Positions 37,804 through 46,956 of a stretch of 64,000 bases of DNA are shown piece after piece. This stretch comes from Candidatus Aminicenantes bacterium (lineage in GTDB: Bacteria > Acidobacteriota > Aminicenantia > Aminicenantales > JAFGAV01). The notes below the pieces were generated by a model. It saw only the letters and a program-made list of their open reading frames with translations, searched no databases and was not told the DNA's origin. The first letter of the stretch is position 1, and each line of letters opens with the position of its first letter. Position numbers and translations under genes: made by a program. The DNA is taken from positions 338 to 64,337 of the forward strand of contig JAFGAV010000049.1 of the NCBI GenBank assembly GCA_016933515.1, given 5' to 3'.

Positions 37804-38829
37804 TCACGCCTCGAACCTTGTTTGCAGGACCATCTCTTTGACCGCCCGAATGTCCTCCCGGACACGGTCCTCGCAGACTTCGGGCCAGTTCTCGTCGTTC
37901 AGGATTTCGATCTCGCCGGCCTTGAGCCGCTTTTCGGTCCCGGCCACGAGTTTCAGGATCCGGTCCCACTCCTCGAGCGGCATGTCGGGGAATTTCTTGA
38001 GGAAGGACCGGTTCGAGACGGGGAGAAGAAAACTCCCCCCGTGGTCCTCGACCGTCAGGTTGATGGGACGACCCGTTTCCCCGAGGAGCCGGAATATGCC
38101 TGCCAGATCCACGACGCCCCTGCCGGCCGGCGCGGTGAAGGACAGCATATTGATGTCGTAATGCATCAGGCCGCCGTCCTTGACGTGGGTGGTCACCACC
38201 CAGTCCCGGACGCGTGAGGCCGCCGACAGCGGGTCCTCGAGCATGGTCAGGAGGTTCATCGTGTCCAGGCAGATCCCGAGGCAGTCTCCCGGCGCGGCGC
38301 CGCACATGTCGAACAGCCGGAGGAGCTCGAAAGTGGTGAATTCGAAATGCGTCTCCAACGCGAGGGCCACTCCGTTGTCTCGAAGCATGGGCAGCTGGTC
38401 GCGGAGGGCGCGGGCCGTTTCCTTGAGATACGTCTCCGTCGGGGGATTTTCTTCCTTCCAGCGCATGAGGCCGCCCGAGTACGAGCGGATCGTGGACGTT
38501 CCGAGCCGCCGGGCCTGCTCGGCCGCGCGGCGGTTGCCGTCGAAAATATCCTTGGGCGCGTTGGTCGCGAGATCAAGGGGGATGTGCTGTCCGCCTCCCC
38601 ATTCGAGGTACAGGCGCATGTCTCGGGCTTGGGCGGCCAGGTCGTCGAGCAGGCCGGGATCCGGATCGCCCTTGTCCTCGGGCCAGCCCGCGGAGAACTG
38701 AACGCCCTGGGCGCCGTTCCGAACGGCCCACTCCAGGACTTCGAAATGGGAGAGGCCGAGAGGCTGGAGGCAGTGGCTGTCGATCCCCACCTTGAAGCCC
38801 GGCATCGTCGTTTGCCTGTCCGGCTTCAT
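37804..38829 (-). CDS. Sugar-phosphate isomerase/epimerase (xylose-isomerase-like TIM barrel)
   Basis: 341 aa. …VALALETHFEFTT…LGICLDTMN…VVTTHVKDG… is the pattern of the AP-endonuclease-2/xylose-isomerase-like TIM family. Confidence 0.6.
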   Translation of the reverse strand: MKPDRQTTMPGFKVGIDSHCLQPLGLSHFEVLEWAVRNGAQGVQFSAGWPEDKGDPDPGLLDDLAAQARDMRLYLEWGGGQHIPLDLATNAPKDIFDGNRRAAEQARRLGTSTIRSYSGGLMRWKEENPPTETYLKETARALRDQLPMLRDNGVALALETHFEFTTFELLRLFDMCGAAPGDCLGICLDTMNLLTMLEDPLSAASRVRDWVVTTHVKDGGLMHYDINMLSFTAPAGRGVVDLAGIFRLLGETGRPINLTVEDHGGSFLLPVSNRSFLKKFPDMPLEEWDRILKLVAGTEKRLKAGEIEILNDENWPEVCEDRVREDIRAVKEMVLQTRFEA

Positions 38830-39018
38830 ATTATACGAAGTCGCGAAGAGAGTTTCTACTTTTTATTCGTTTTGAGTCGGATAATGAACCTGGAAACCGC
38901 ATCCGGACAGGAAGCTGGCGCCTCGACCCTCCCTTCCGGCCTGATCCGTGTAACACTGCCGCAGCCGGATTTTCAATCCTTCCGGTTTTTTTGCTATATT
39001 AGGCCCGGGTGATAGGCA

Positions 39019-40143
39019 ATGAAGTCCCTGGTCGGGGGGAAAAAGATCTGCCTGGCGGCCGCGCTCCTGTTTCTGTTTGCTCCGCCGGCCCGGGGGAGCG
39101 GAGAGGCGAGGACCGAAGCGGAGAAGCAGGATAAGGCCAGAGTCGGCGCCGTCGTCCTCCCGGTCCTCTTCAACATGCCGGAGACGCAATGGGGGGGAGG
39201 GGTGGGTGGCCTGCTGACCTACAGGCCGGCGGACAGCAAACCGGATTCCAGGCCGTCATCGCTTTATTTTTACGCCGTCTATACCCAGCTCAAACAGTTT
39301 GCGACCAAGTGGGAGCCCGAAGCCTATTTTCGAGGAGAATCCTTCTTTCTCAAAGGCAAAATTCTGTTCGAGAGATATCCCGAAAAAACGTGGGGCCTGG
39401 GAAACGAAGCTCCCGCGGAGCGTGAGGAGGATTTCACTCCCCGGACCTTTGTCCTGGAGCTGTCCTTTCAGAAAAAACTCTGGACGGCCGGCAATCTCTA
39501 CGCCGGCCCGCTCTATCAGTTCGAAAGCTACGCCATCCTGAAAACCGAGCCGGGCGGTCTGCTCGATTCCGGAACCTGGCCCGGAGCGTCGGGCGGGACG
39601 AGCTCCGGCGCGGGTTTCATCATCAATTGGGACACGCGGGACAATGTCTTTTTCCCCGAGCGGGGGATGTACTGTCAGGTCTCGGCGGTCCTGAACAGCG
39701 GGCTCCTGGGGAGCGGTTTCAACTACGCTTCGCTCAAGCTGGATTTGAGACGGTATGTCTCCCTCCTGTCCTCGCACGTCTTGGCCCTTCAGGCGCTCTA
39801 CCAGGCCGTCGTCGGAGAGCCGCCCTTTAAGAGCATCCCCAAACTCGGCGGCGACAGCATCATGCGGGGATATTATTCCGGCCGTTACCGGGACAGGCAT
39901 CTTCTCGCCTTCCAGGCCGAATACAGGCTTCCCGTGTGGTGGAGGTTCGGCCTGGTCGGGTTCGCCGGCCTGGGCCAGGTCGCCGAACGCCCGGGACGTT
40001 TCGGTCCCGAGGGCATGAAATGTTCCGCGGGGTTCGGCGTCCGCTTCAAGATCGCGCCGAGCGAGGGGACGAACATCAGGCTTGATTTCGCCTGGGGAAA
40101 GGGGACCTCGGGCTTTTATTTCACGGCCGGCGAGGCCTTTTGA
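39019..40143 (+). CDS. Omp85/BamA-family outer-membrane protein (surface-antigen D15 barrel, no obvious POTRA)
   Basis: Signal peptide …KICLAAALLFLFAPPARG. …GGDSIMRGYYSGRYRDRHLLAFQAEYRLPVWWRFGLVGFAGLG…RLDFAWGKGTSGFYFTAGEAF is a typical Omp85 C-terminal barrel. Confidence 0.65.
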   Translation: MKSLVGGKKICLAAALLFLFAPPARGSGEARTEAEKQDKARVGAVVLPVLFNMPETQWGGGVGGLLTYRPADSKPDSRPSSLYFYAVYTQLKQFATKWEPEAYFRGESFFLKGKILFERYPEKTWGLGNEAPAEREEDFTPRTFVLELSFQKKLWTAGNLYAGPLYQFESYAILKTEPGGLLDSGTWPGASGGTSSGAGFIINWDTRDNVFFPERGMYCQVSAVLNSGLLGSGFNYASLKLDLRRYVSLLSSHVLALQALYQAVVGEPPFKSIPKLGGDSIMRGYYSGRYRDRHLLAFQAEYRLPVWWRFGLVGFAGLGQVAERPGRFGPEGMKCSAGFGVRFKIAPSEGTNIRLDFAWGKGTSGFYFTAGEAF

Positions 40144-40159
40144 GTCCCGGAGGAGCGGC

Positions 40160-41179
40160 ATGAATTCCCGAGAGAGAGTGACGAGAACGCTCGCCTTCCG
40201 CTCGCCCGACCGCGCCCCCCGACAGCTTTGGCTGCTGCCCTGGGCCGAGGAGCGCTATCCCCGGGAAATCGCGCGCCTCAGGGAACGTTTCCCCGACGAT
40301 ATCGTGACTTCGCCTCCGTTTTTCCGCGATCCGCCCGCCACGACGGGGGAGGAGCACGGCCCGGGGACGTATGTCGACGAATGGGGCTGCGTTTTCGAGA
40401 ACATCGAGCGGGGGATGATCGGCGAAGTCAAGAGTCCCGTGGTCAGGACTTGGAGCGATGCCGAGCGCGTAAGGACGCCCGAGGAGCGTCTGAGCGTCGA
40501 CGCCGGCCGCGTGAACGGCTTCGTCTCCGGCACGGACAGGTTCGTCCTGGCGCCCACGCGCGTGCGGCCCTTCGAACAGCTCCAGTACCTCCGAAGGCCG
40601 GAGAATCTCTTCCTCGACCTGGCCGAGAGGCCGAAGGAGCTCTTCAAGCTTCTCAACCGGATGCACGATTTCTACAAGCGGGAGCTCGAACTCTGGGCCT
40701 CGACCGATGTGGACGGCCTTCAGATTCAGGACGATTGGGGCGGACAGGACGCGCTCCTTGTCTCGCCCGCGCTGTGGCGCGAAATCTTCAAGCCTCTCTA
40801 TCGCGATTACGCCGCAATCGCCCGGCGCCGCGGAAAATATCTCTTTATGCACTCCGACGGCCAAATCACCGACATCATCGAGGACCTGGTCGACGTCGGT
40901 GTGGACGCCCTGAACAGCCAGCTCTTCTGCATGGACATCGAAGACCTCGGCCGCCGCTTCGCCGGACGGCTGACCTTCTGGGGCGAGATCGACAGACAGC
41001 GGCTGCTGCCGTCGGGAAGCGTCGAAGAGGTCCGCGCAGCCGTGCGCCGCGTTCGGCGGGCTTTTTGGAGGAACGGCGGAGCGATCGCCCAATGCGAGTT
41101 CGGGCCCGGCGCCCGCCCGGAAAACGTCGAGGCCGTCTTTGAAGCCTGGGAGGAGCCTATTTCCAAAAATCGCGTGTGA
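40160..41179 (+). CDS. Uroporphyrinogen-decarboxylase (URO-D) family protein, MtaA/CmuA-like
   Basis: ORF 40082..41179, with ATG at 40160 after GGAGGAG. MNSRERVTRTLAFRSPDRAP…, …DDWGGQDALLVSP..WREIFKP.Y…, …FMHSDGQITDIIEDLVDVGVDALN…. The 3' end overlaps the convergent trkH 3' end by 23 nt. Confidence 0.6.
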   Translation: MNSRERVTRTLAFRSPDRAPRQLWLLPWAEERYPREIARLRERFPDDIVTSPPFFRDPPATTGEEHGPGTYVDEWGCVFENIERGMIGEVKSPVVRTWSDAERVRTPEERLSVDAGRVNGFVSGTDRFVLAPTRVRPFEQLQYLRRPENLFLDLAERPKELFKLLNRMHDFYKRELELWASTDVDGLQIQDDWGGQDALLVSPALWREIFKPLYRDYAAIARRRGKYLFMHSDGQITDIIEDLVDVGVDALNSQLFCMDIEDLGRRFAGRLTFWGEIDRQRLLPSGSVEEVRAAVRRVRRAFWRNGGAIAQCEFGPGARPENVEAVFEAWEEPISKNRV

Positions 41180-42591
41180 AGAGCACGAGCACGGTATAGA
41201 TCTCGAGGCGGCCGGCCAGTATGCAGAACGACAGGAGACATTTCCCGGCCAGAGGGATGGCCTGGTAATTGGCCGCCGGCCCCCCCCCAATCCCGGGCCG
41301 ATGTTGCCGATCGAGGCCGTTACGGATGAAAAGGCCGTGACAAGGTCGAAGCCCATCAGGGTCATGATCAGCGTGGAGAGGATCAACAGGCCCCAGTAGA
41401 GCAGCAGGAAGCCGAGGATATTGATCACCACTCCGGGAGGAACGGTCCGTCCGTCGATGCGGACCGGGATCACGGCCCGGGGATGCAGCAGCTTCTTCAA
41501 TTCGGTCAGTCCCTGTTTGAAGAGGATCATGATTCGGAGGACCTTGATGCTGCCGCCCGTCGAGCCGGCGCATCCGCCGATGAACATCAGAAAGAGCAGG
41601 ATGAGCTGGGCGGACGAAGACCAGCCTCCGAAATCGGCCGTCGTGAATCCTGTCGTCGTGGTGATGGATACGGTTTGGAAGACGGAATAGCGAACGGCTT
41701 CGCCCGTCCGGTAGGCTCCGGCGGCAAGGTTGTTGACCGTCAGAAGCGCCCCAAAGACAGCGAGGATCACAAGATAGAACCGAAATTCCTCGCTTTTCCA
41801 GTAAGCCGAAGGCTTTCCCCTCAGGCTGTGATAGTGAAGAGAAAAATTCGTGCCGGCCAGGAGCATGAACACGACGACCACCGCTTCGACGAAAAGGCTG
41901 TGAATTCCGGCGATGGAGGCCGTCCGTGTCGAGAACCCCCCCGTGGCCATGGTTCCGAACGTCTGGCAAAGCGCCTCGTGAAGGTTCAGGCCTCCGAGAA
42001 GGAGAAGCAGGATTTCGAACACGGAGAGAAGGACGTAAACGCCCCACAGCGTCGAGGCCGTCTGTCGGACACGAGGCATGATCTTGTCCGGCACGGGCCC
42101 GGGGATTTCGGCTTTGTACAGCTGGCTGCCGCCGGCGCCGATCATCGGAAGAATGGCCAGCGAGAGCACGATGATGCCCATGCCGCCGAGCCAGTGGGTC
42201 AGAATCCGCCAGAACAGAAGTCCGTGAGGCAGGTCTTCGACCGTGACGAGGACCTTGGCCCCGGTCGTCGTGAACCCGGACATGCTCTCGAAAAGGGCGT
42301 CGGCGAACGAGGGCAGGGCCCCGGAGAGGACAAACGGCAGGGCGCCGAACGCCGCGACCATGAGCCATCCGAGAACGACGACGGCGAAACTGTCCCGAAC
42401 CAGGAGTTTGCCCTTGGGGCGGAAAAGGAGAATGAGCGTTCCGCCCGAAGCCAGGGTCAAAGCCGAAGAGAGAAGTATGGCCGAAAGATCTTCGCCGCCG
42501 TAATGCCAGGCGAAAAGGGCCGGGACGGCCATGAACAGGCCACGAAAACAATGATGAAGCCGAGGACGCGGCCGATGATCGGGATGTTCAT
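41157..42591 (-). pseudogene. trkH: TrkH-family K+ transporter membrane subunit, interrupted by two frameshifts
   Basis: The homologous protein is spread over three frames:
- (i) ATG at 42591: MNIPIIGRVLGFIIVFVA…
- (ii) From 42532: MAVPALFAWHYGGEDL…SGFTTTGA…STTTGFTT…GGCAGSTGGSIK…ASIGNIGPGLGG
- (iii) Ending at 41157: …GPAANYQAIPLAGKCLLSFCILAGRLEIYTVLVLFTRDFWK*
Shift 1 is near 42540-42546 (GGCCTGTTC). Shift 2 is inside the C9 (G9 on the coding strand) run at 41282-41290. Confidence 0.8.
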
Positions 42592-42607
42592 GGCTCCGTT
42601 GCGTGTC

Positions 42608-43750
42608 TCAGCCCGAAAAGAGCTTGTCGATGTCGGGCAGAGCCCGGGGGAGAGAGAAAATGATCACGTGGTCCTCCGGTCGGATGCGCGTGTCCCCGAC
42701 GGGAATGGTCACATCGTCTCCGCGGGTCACGGCTCCCACGATGGCTCCCTTGGGGAAACGAATCCGGCTCAGCGGTTTGCGGGTGATGGGGGATTCGGCA
42801 TGGACGAGGTATTCGACGGCTTGAGCGTCCAAGCCCGAGAGAGAGGCCAGGGCGACGACGTCGCCCCGGCGGATGAGCCGCAGGATGGCGTTCGAGGTGA
42901 TGATATTCGTATTTACCGCGGCATTGACGCCGATCGGGGCCATGAGAGGCAGATATTCCCGGCGGTTGACCATGGCGATGGTCTTGGTCACGCCGAGGTG
43001 CTTGGCCAGCAGGCTTGTCAGAATGTTGGTCTCCTCGTCGCCCGTGGCGCTGACGAGGGCGTCGGTCTCCAGCACTCCTTCCGTGGCCAGAAGGTTGAAG
43101 TCGCGGCCGTCGCCGTGGATGACGAGGGTCCGGTGCAGTTCGTCGGCCAGCTCCAGCGCCCGGTCGGCGTCGGAATCGATGAGCTTGATGGTCAGGTCCT
43201 TCTCTCCGTCAAGCAGGCGGGCGGTGGCCCGGCCGACCCGGCCCCCGCCGAGGATCATGATCTGTTGCAGTTTTTCGTCGGACTTGCCCAGGAGGGCGAC
43301 GAAGTCGTGGATGTCGTCAACGCCGGCGATGACGAACAGCTGGTCCCTGTTCTGGAAGGTTTCGTTTCCCCCGGGAATGAGGGTCTCTGTGCCTCGGAGG
43401 ATGGCCACCACGCGGAAAATGCGTTCGGGGAATTCCCGGCTGTCCGCTTCTAGAGTTTTGTGCACCAGGGGGCAGGTGGCGTCGATGCGGACACCGATGA
43501 GCTGGACCCTGCCGTCGGCGAATTCCAGGACGTCGGTGGCTGCGCTGCGCTTGATGAGGCGCACGATCTCCTTGGCCGTCTCGAACTCGTGTTGGATGGC
43601 CAAGTCCACGCCCCAGTCGGCGAGCGTGAAACGCGGCGCGTTCTCAAAGTGGATGGGATTGCGGATCCGAGCGATCTCCTGCTTCACATTGTAGCGGGAG
43701 GCCATCGCGCAGGCCAGTACGTTCTGCTCATCGTTTCCGGTGCGGCCGGC
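42608..43750 (-). pseudogene. trkA: TrkA (RCK/NAD-binding K+ uptake regulator) lacking about the first 70 codons
   Basis: Homology starts at …TGNDEQNVLACAMASRYNVKQEIARIRNP… (equivalent to about residue 75 of full-length TrkA). It continues through RCK_C, the second Rossmann (ILGGGRVGRATARLL) and the second RCK_C to …IDKLFSG*. The first GxGxxG Rossmann half is absent. The EamA gene's TAG stop (43759-43761) sits directly on the breakpoint. The first in-frame ATG is at 43705. Confidence 0.75.
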
Positions 43751-43758
43751 GAGCCGGA

Positions 43759-44655
43759 CTAGAGCGCCGAGGCCAGGAACGCGCCCGCGGCGGCCATGAC
43801 CACGGCCAAAGTTTTGAGGGGCGCGTGTTTTTCGCGGAGAAAAAGCACGGCCATGAGGAAGACGAAAACGATGTTCAGTTGGTTCAGGGCGGAGGCGATG
43901 GACGCCTGGGTGTATTTCATCCCTCCCAGCCAGAACAGGAGGCTGAGATAAGTGCCCAGGACGGCGGCCGGCACCAGGACCTTCCAGTTCGATCGCCGAA
44001 GAAGGGGTAGAATCAGGCCTCTGCGCCGGGGATGGAACGCGATCACGGGGACCAGAAAAATCAGCCCCCCTGCGACGCGGATGTTCGTCGCCCACAGAAG
44101 AGGGAGAGCTTCCAGCCGGCGCTTGATCATGACGATGCTCAGCGCCGTGAACAGCTGTGCGAGAACGCCGAGGGCGATTCCCATCCAGAGCTTTTTCTTG
44201 GGGAGAGGCTGTTCGCTTTTGTGGTAGCTGATGATGAGGACGGCGGCCAGGATGAGGAGCACGCCTACCGTCTGGGCGGGGCTCAGGCGTTCGCCCAAGA
44301 GCGTCAAAGAGAGAATGATGGTGAAGGGGCTGTAGAGCGCGGCGACCACCGTGGCCGGACTGGCGCCCAGGGCGTTGAGGCTGAAGAAATAAAGCGTGTC
44401 GGAGACGCCGAGGCCCAGAGCGCCGCTGGCCAGGATGAGGAAATAGTCGCCGGCACCGAAACGGGGCAGGACAGCCTGCCCTGCCAGGAGCATGGTCAGG
44501 GTCAGGAGGGCGACTCCCAGCATGTTCTTGAACAGGTTCAGTCCGAGGGGCGGCACGTTCCGGCCGGTCACCTTGAAAAGAATAATGGCTCCCGCCCAGA
44601 ACAGGCCGGAAACGAGAGCCAGAATCTCTCCGAGGTACGGCATAACGGCGGGCAT
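43759..44655 (-). CDS. EamA/DMT-superfamily transporter
   Basis: ORF 43759..44700. ATG at 44655 (MPAVMPYLGEILALVSGLFWAG…) is preceded by GGAG. 10 TM in two EamA repeats. Confidence 0.7.
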   Translation of the reverse strand: MPAVMPYLGEILALVSGLFWAGAIILFKVTGRNVPPLGLNLFKNMLGVALLTLTMLLAGQAVLPRFGAGDYFLILASGALGLGVSDTLYFFSLNALGASPATVVAALYSPFTIILSLTLLGERLSPAQTVGVLLILAAVLIISYHKSEQPLPKKKLWMGIALGVLAQLFTALSIVMIKRRLEALPLLWATNIRVAGGLIFLVPVIAFHPRRRGLILPLLRRSNWKVLVPAAVLGTYLSLLFWLGGMKYTQASIASALNQLNIVFVFLMAVLFLREKHAPLKTLAVVMAAAGAFLASAL

Positions 44656-45214
44656 TGTACTCCATTTGCCTCTTCGCTTCCACGATGACCGTCGGCGCAA
44701 GCGACGGGATGACTGGATGCGGTTCCGTCTTCAAAACGCGGCGGGAGGCCGGCAGGAAGGGCGTCGAGGCCTCCGCGGGTCCCATCGCTTCGGCAGCTCC
44801 GGATATCTCGGTCGGTTTTCGCGTGCCTGTCCGGAGACAGCTTCTTTTTACCCCGCTGTTTCAAGGAGGGTGCAGGGGAGGGGCATATCGTTTCATAGAG
44901 CCTCAATCCTCCCTCCCGGCCTCCCATATGGCCACAGGTCACGGACGGCGGCGCATCATGGCCGCGTTCGCGACGGTCCCCTTTTTTGACGGGCGCCGAA
45001 AAGATATGATTTACTTTGGGGTCTGCGCCCCGAGGATCAAGCGGCGGCCGTCGAGGGCTTGCCGCGCCGGCCGGTCCGCTTGGAAAGACAAGCGCTCCTG
45101 CCGGGCTCGGGCCGGGAGGAGCGCAGGACAACCCCGGGGCGGGACCTCTTCTCGACTTCGCGGTGAGGAATCTCCGGCAGAGGCGATCGGTTAGAGAGGG
45201 AGGAAGGAAGCAAC

Positions 45215-46240
45215 ATGGAGCGGCGGGACATCCGGGACCTGGAGTTCGAAGATCTCCGCCGGGAACTCGAATCCTGGGGCGAGCCGGGCTACAGGGCCGG
45301 GCAGGTGTTCGCCTGGCTCTACCGCCGCGGCGCCCGCGCCTTCGAGGAAATGAGCGACTTGGGACGGCCGCTGCGCGAGGCCCTGGACCGAAAATTCGTC
45401 CTGAAAGGCTTCGAGGAACTCTCGCGGCAAAGAGGCGGTGACGGAGCCGAGAAATTTCTGCTGCGGCTCGAAGACGGCCGTCTCATCGAAACCGTCCTCA
45501 TCCCCGCGCCCGGACGGGCCACGGTCTGCGTCTCCACCCAGGTCGGCTGCCGGTTCGGTTGCGTTTTTTGCGCCTCGGGCATGTCCGGTTTCACACGAAA
45601 CCTGACCGCGGGCGAAATCGTGGGGCAAATACTGCATGTCCGGCAGGCGATCGGCCGGCCGGTGACCCATGTCGTTTTCATGGGCATGGGCGAGCCTCTC
45701 GACAACTGGGAAAACACGGCCCGTGCCGTCCGGACGCTCAACGCGCCGTCGGGTCTGGGCATCGCCGCACGCCGCATCCTGATTTCGACATGCGGGCTCA
45801 TCCCGGGCCTTCCAAAGCTCGCGGCGCTCGGCCTCCAGGTCGAGCTGGCCGTGTCGCTGCACGCCGCCTCGAACGCGCTTCGCGACCGGCTCGTTCCCAT
45901 CAACCGGAAGCACCCGCTCGACAAGCTCGTCCCCGCGCTCCGCGATTACCGGAAGGAAACGGGCCGTCTTGTTACGCTGGAATACGTTCTGATCAAAGGA
46001 GTGAACGATTCGCCGGCCGAGGCCGGGAGGCTGGGCGCCTTGGCCCGCCGCGTGGGCGCCAAGGTCAACATCATTCCCTGCAGCCCCGTCGAGGGTTTGA
46101 AGTTCGAACCGGTCTCAAGGCCCGAGGCCGTCGCTTTTCTTCGGCGGGTGGAAGCCCGGGGCGTCCGCGTTTCGCTCCGCAGGTCCAAGGGCGGAGAGAT
46201 CCGCGCAGCCTGCGGCCAGCTCGCCGGCCGCGCCCCTTAG
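45215..46240 (+). CDS. rlmN: 23S rRNA/tRNA (adenine-C2)-methyltransferase RlmN (radical SAM)
   Basis: …WGEPGYRAGQVFAWLY…, …STQVGCRFGCVFCASG… (CxxxCxxC), …MGMGEPLDN…, …IPCSP… and the C-terminal catalytic Cys (…IRAACGQL…). Confidence 0.92.
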   Translation: MERRDIRDLEFEDLRRELESWGEPGYRAGQVFAWLYRRGARAFEEMSDLGRPLREALDRKFVLKGFEELSRQRGGDGAEKFLLRLEDGRLIETVLIPAPGRATVCVSTQVGCRFGCVFCASGMSGFTRNLTAGEIVGQILHVRQAIGRPVTHVVFMGMGEPLDNWENTARAVRTLNAPSGLGIAARRILISTCGLIPGLPKLAALGLQVELAVSLHAASNALRDRLVPINRKHPLDKLVPALRDYRKETGRLVTLEYVLIKGVNDSPAEAGRLGALARRVGAKVNIIPCSPVEGLKFEPVSRPEAVAFLRRVEARGVRVSLRRSKGGEIRAACGQLAGRAP

Positions 46241-46267
46241 GGTTGATCGTTTTTTTTCGTCAAAATC

Positions 46268-46295
46268 TTGACATAAATTATAAATTATATATAAT
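46268..46295 (+). promoter_or_regulatory. Consensus sigma70 promoter with an embedded AT-rich palindrome (likely ArsR-type operator)
   Basis: TTGACA(46268-46273), 16 nt, TATAAT(46290-46295). The spacer and -10 contain ATAAATT-ATAAATT direct repeats and the 12-bp palindrome ATTATATATAAT. This is the most AT-rich patch in the window. Confidence 0.6.
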
Positions 46296-46324
46296 ATATA
46301 ACTTATTCTCCATGTGAGGCGTTT

Positions 46325-46615
46325 ATGAAAAAATCCATTCGTGCCTATGCTTCGTCGGCCCGGAAGCTTAAAGCCATGGGCCATCCGGCGCGCCTGGGCC
46401 TGCTTGCGGAGCTCGCCCGTTCGGAACGGTGCGTCGGCCGTCTCCAGAGCTGCCTGAATCTGTCCCAGCCGCACGTCTCCCAAAGCCTGAAAATCCTCAG
46501 AGCGGCCGGGATCGTCGCCGGCCGAAGGGACAAGAACCAAGTCTGTTACAGGATCGTGGACCCCGCGGTCCGGCGCATCCTGACCGTCTTAAAAGTCAAG
46601 GAAACCCTCTCATGA
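46325..46615 (+). CDS. ArsR/SmtB-family winged-helix transcriptional regulator
   Basis: 96 aa. …LKAMGHPARLGLLAELARSERCVGRLQSCLNLSQPHVSQSLKILRAAGIV…RDKNQVCYRI… matches the ArsR HTH pattern. The stop overlaps the next start (ATGA). Confidence 0.8.
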   Translation: MKKSIRAYASSARKLKAMGHPARLGLLAELARSERCVGRLQSCLNLSQPHVSQSLKILRAAGIVAGRRDKNQVCYRIVDPAVRRILTVLKVKETLS

Positions 46616-46956
46616 GCACTTTAGAAGATATAAAAGAGATCGATTTCGAGAAGCGCGTCATCGAGTCGGACATTCCCGTAGTGGTGGATTTCTGGGCGCC
46701 CTGGTGCGGGGCTTGCCTCATGATGTCGCCCGTGCTCGAGTCCCTGGCGGCGGAAATGGAGGGTCGGGTCAGGATCGTCAAAGTCAACACCGACGAGAAT
46801 TTCTCTGTGGCGAGGACATACGGCATTATGGCCATTCCCACGCTGATTCTCTTCAAGGGCGGGCGGGAAGCCGATCGCCTGACCGGATTGGTTCCCCAGA
46901 CCGAGCTTAAAGCCTGGGTGAACAACTCGATTTCCATCGAGCTTCACTCGTCGTGA
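46612..46956 (+). CDS. trxA: Thioredoxin with an atypical WCGAC active site
   Basis: ORF 46429..46956, with ATG at 46612. …VVVDFWAPWCGACLMMSPVLE…KVNTDEN…YGIMAIPTLILFKGG… The canonical WCGPC has Pro replaced by Ala. Confidence 0.85.
   Translation: MSTLEDIKEIDFEKRVIESDIPVVVDFWAPWCGACLMMSPVLESLAAEMEGRVRIVKVNTDENFSVARTYGIMAIPTLILFKGGREADRLTGLVPQTELKAWVNNSISIELHSS

Noticed and set aside
40160-41179. A shared corrinoid theme across the window (B12-radical SAM, URO-D/MtaA-like protein, B12-mutase-like protein), read as one dispersed system.
   Set aside because: The three genes are 20-40 kb apart, on different strands and in unrelated operons. No corrinoid protein, cobalamin biosynthesis or transport genes, or B12 riboswitch were seen. 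Co-occurrence in one window is not evidence of a functional link.
40121-42532. An 803-aa ORF suggesting a giant TrkH fusion protein.
   Set aside because: After the frameshift in the C9 tract, the trkH frame simply reads on antisense to the URO-D-like gene without meeting a stop. The C-terminal 380 aa have no protein-like features.
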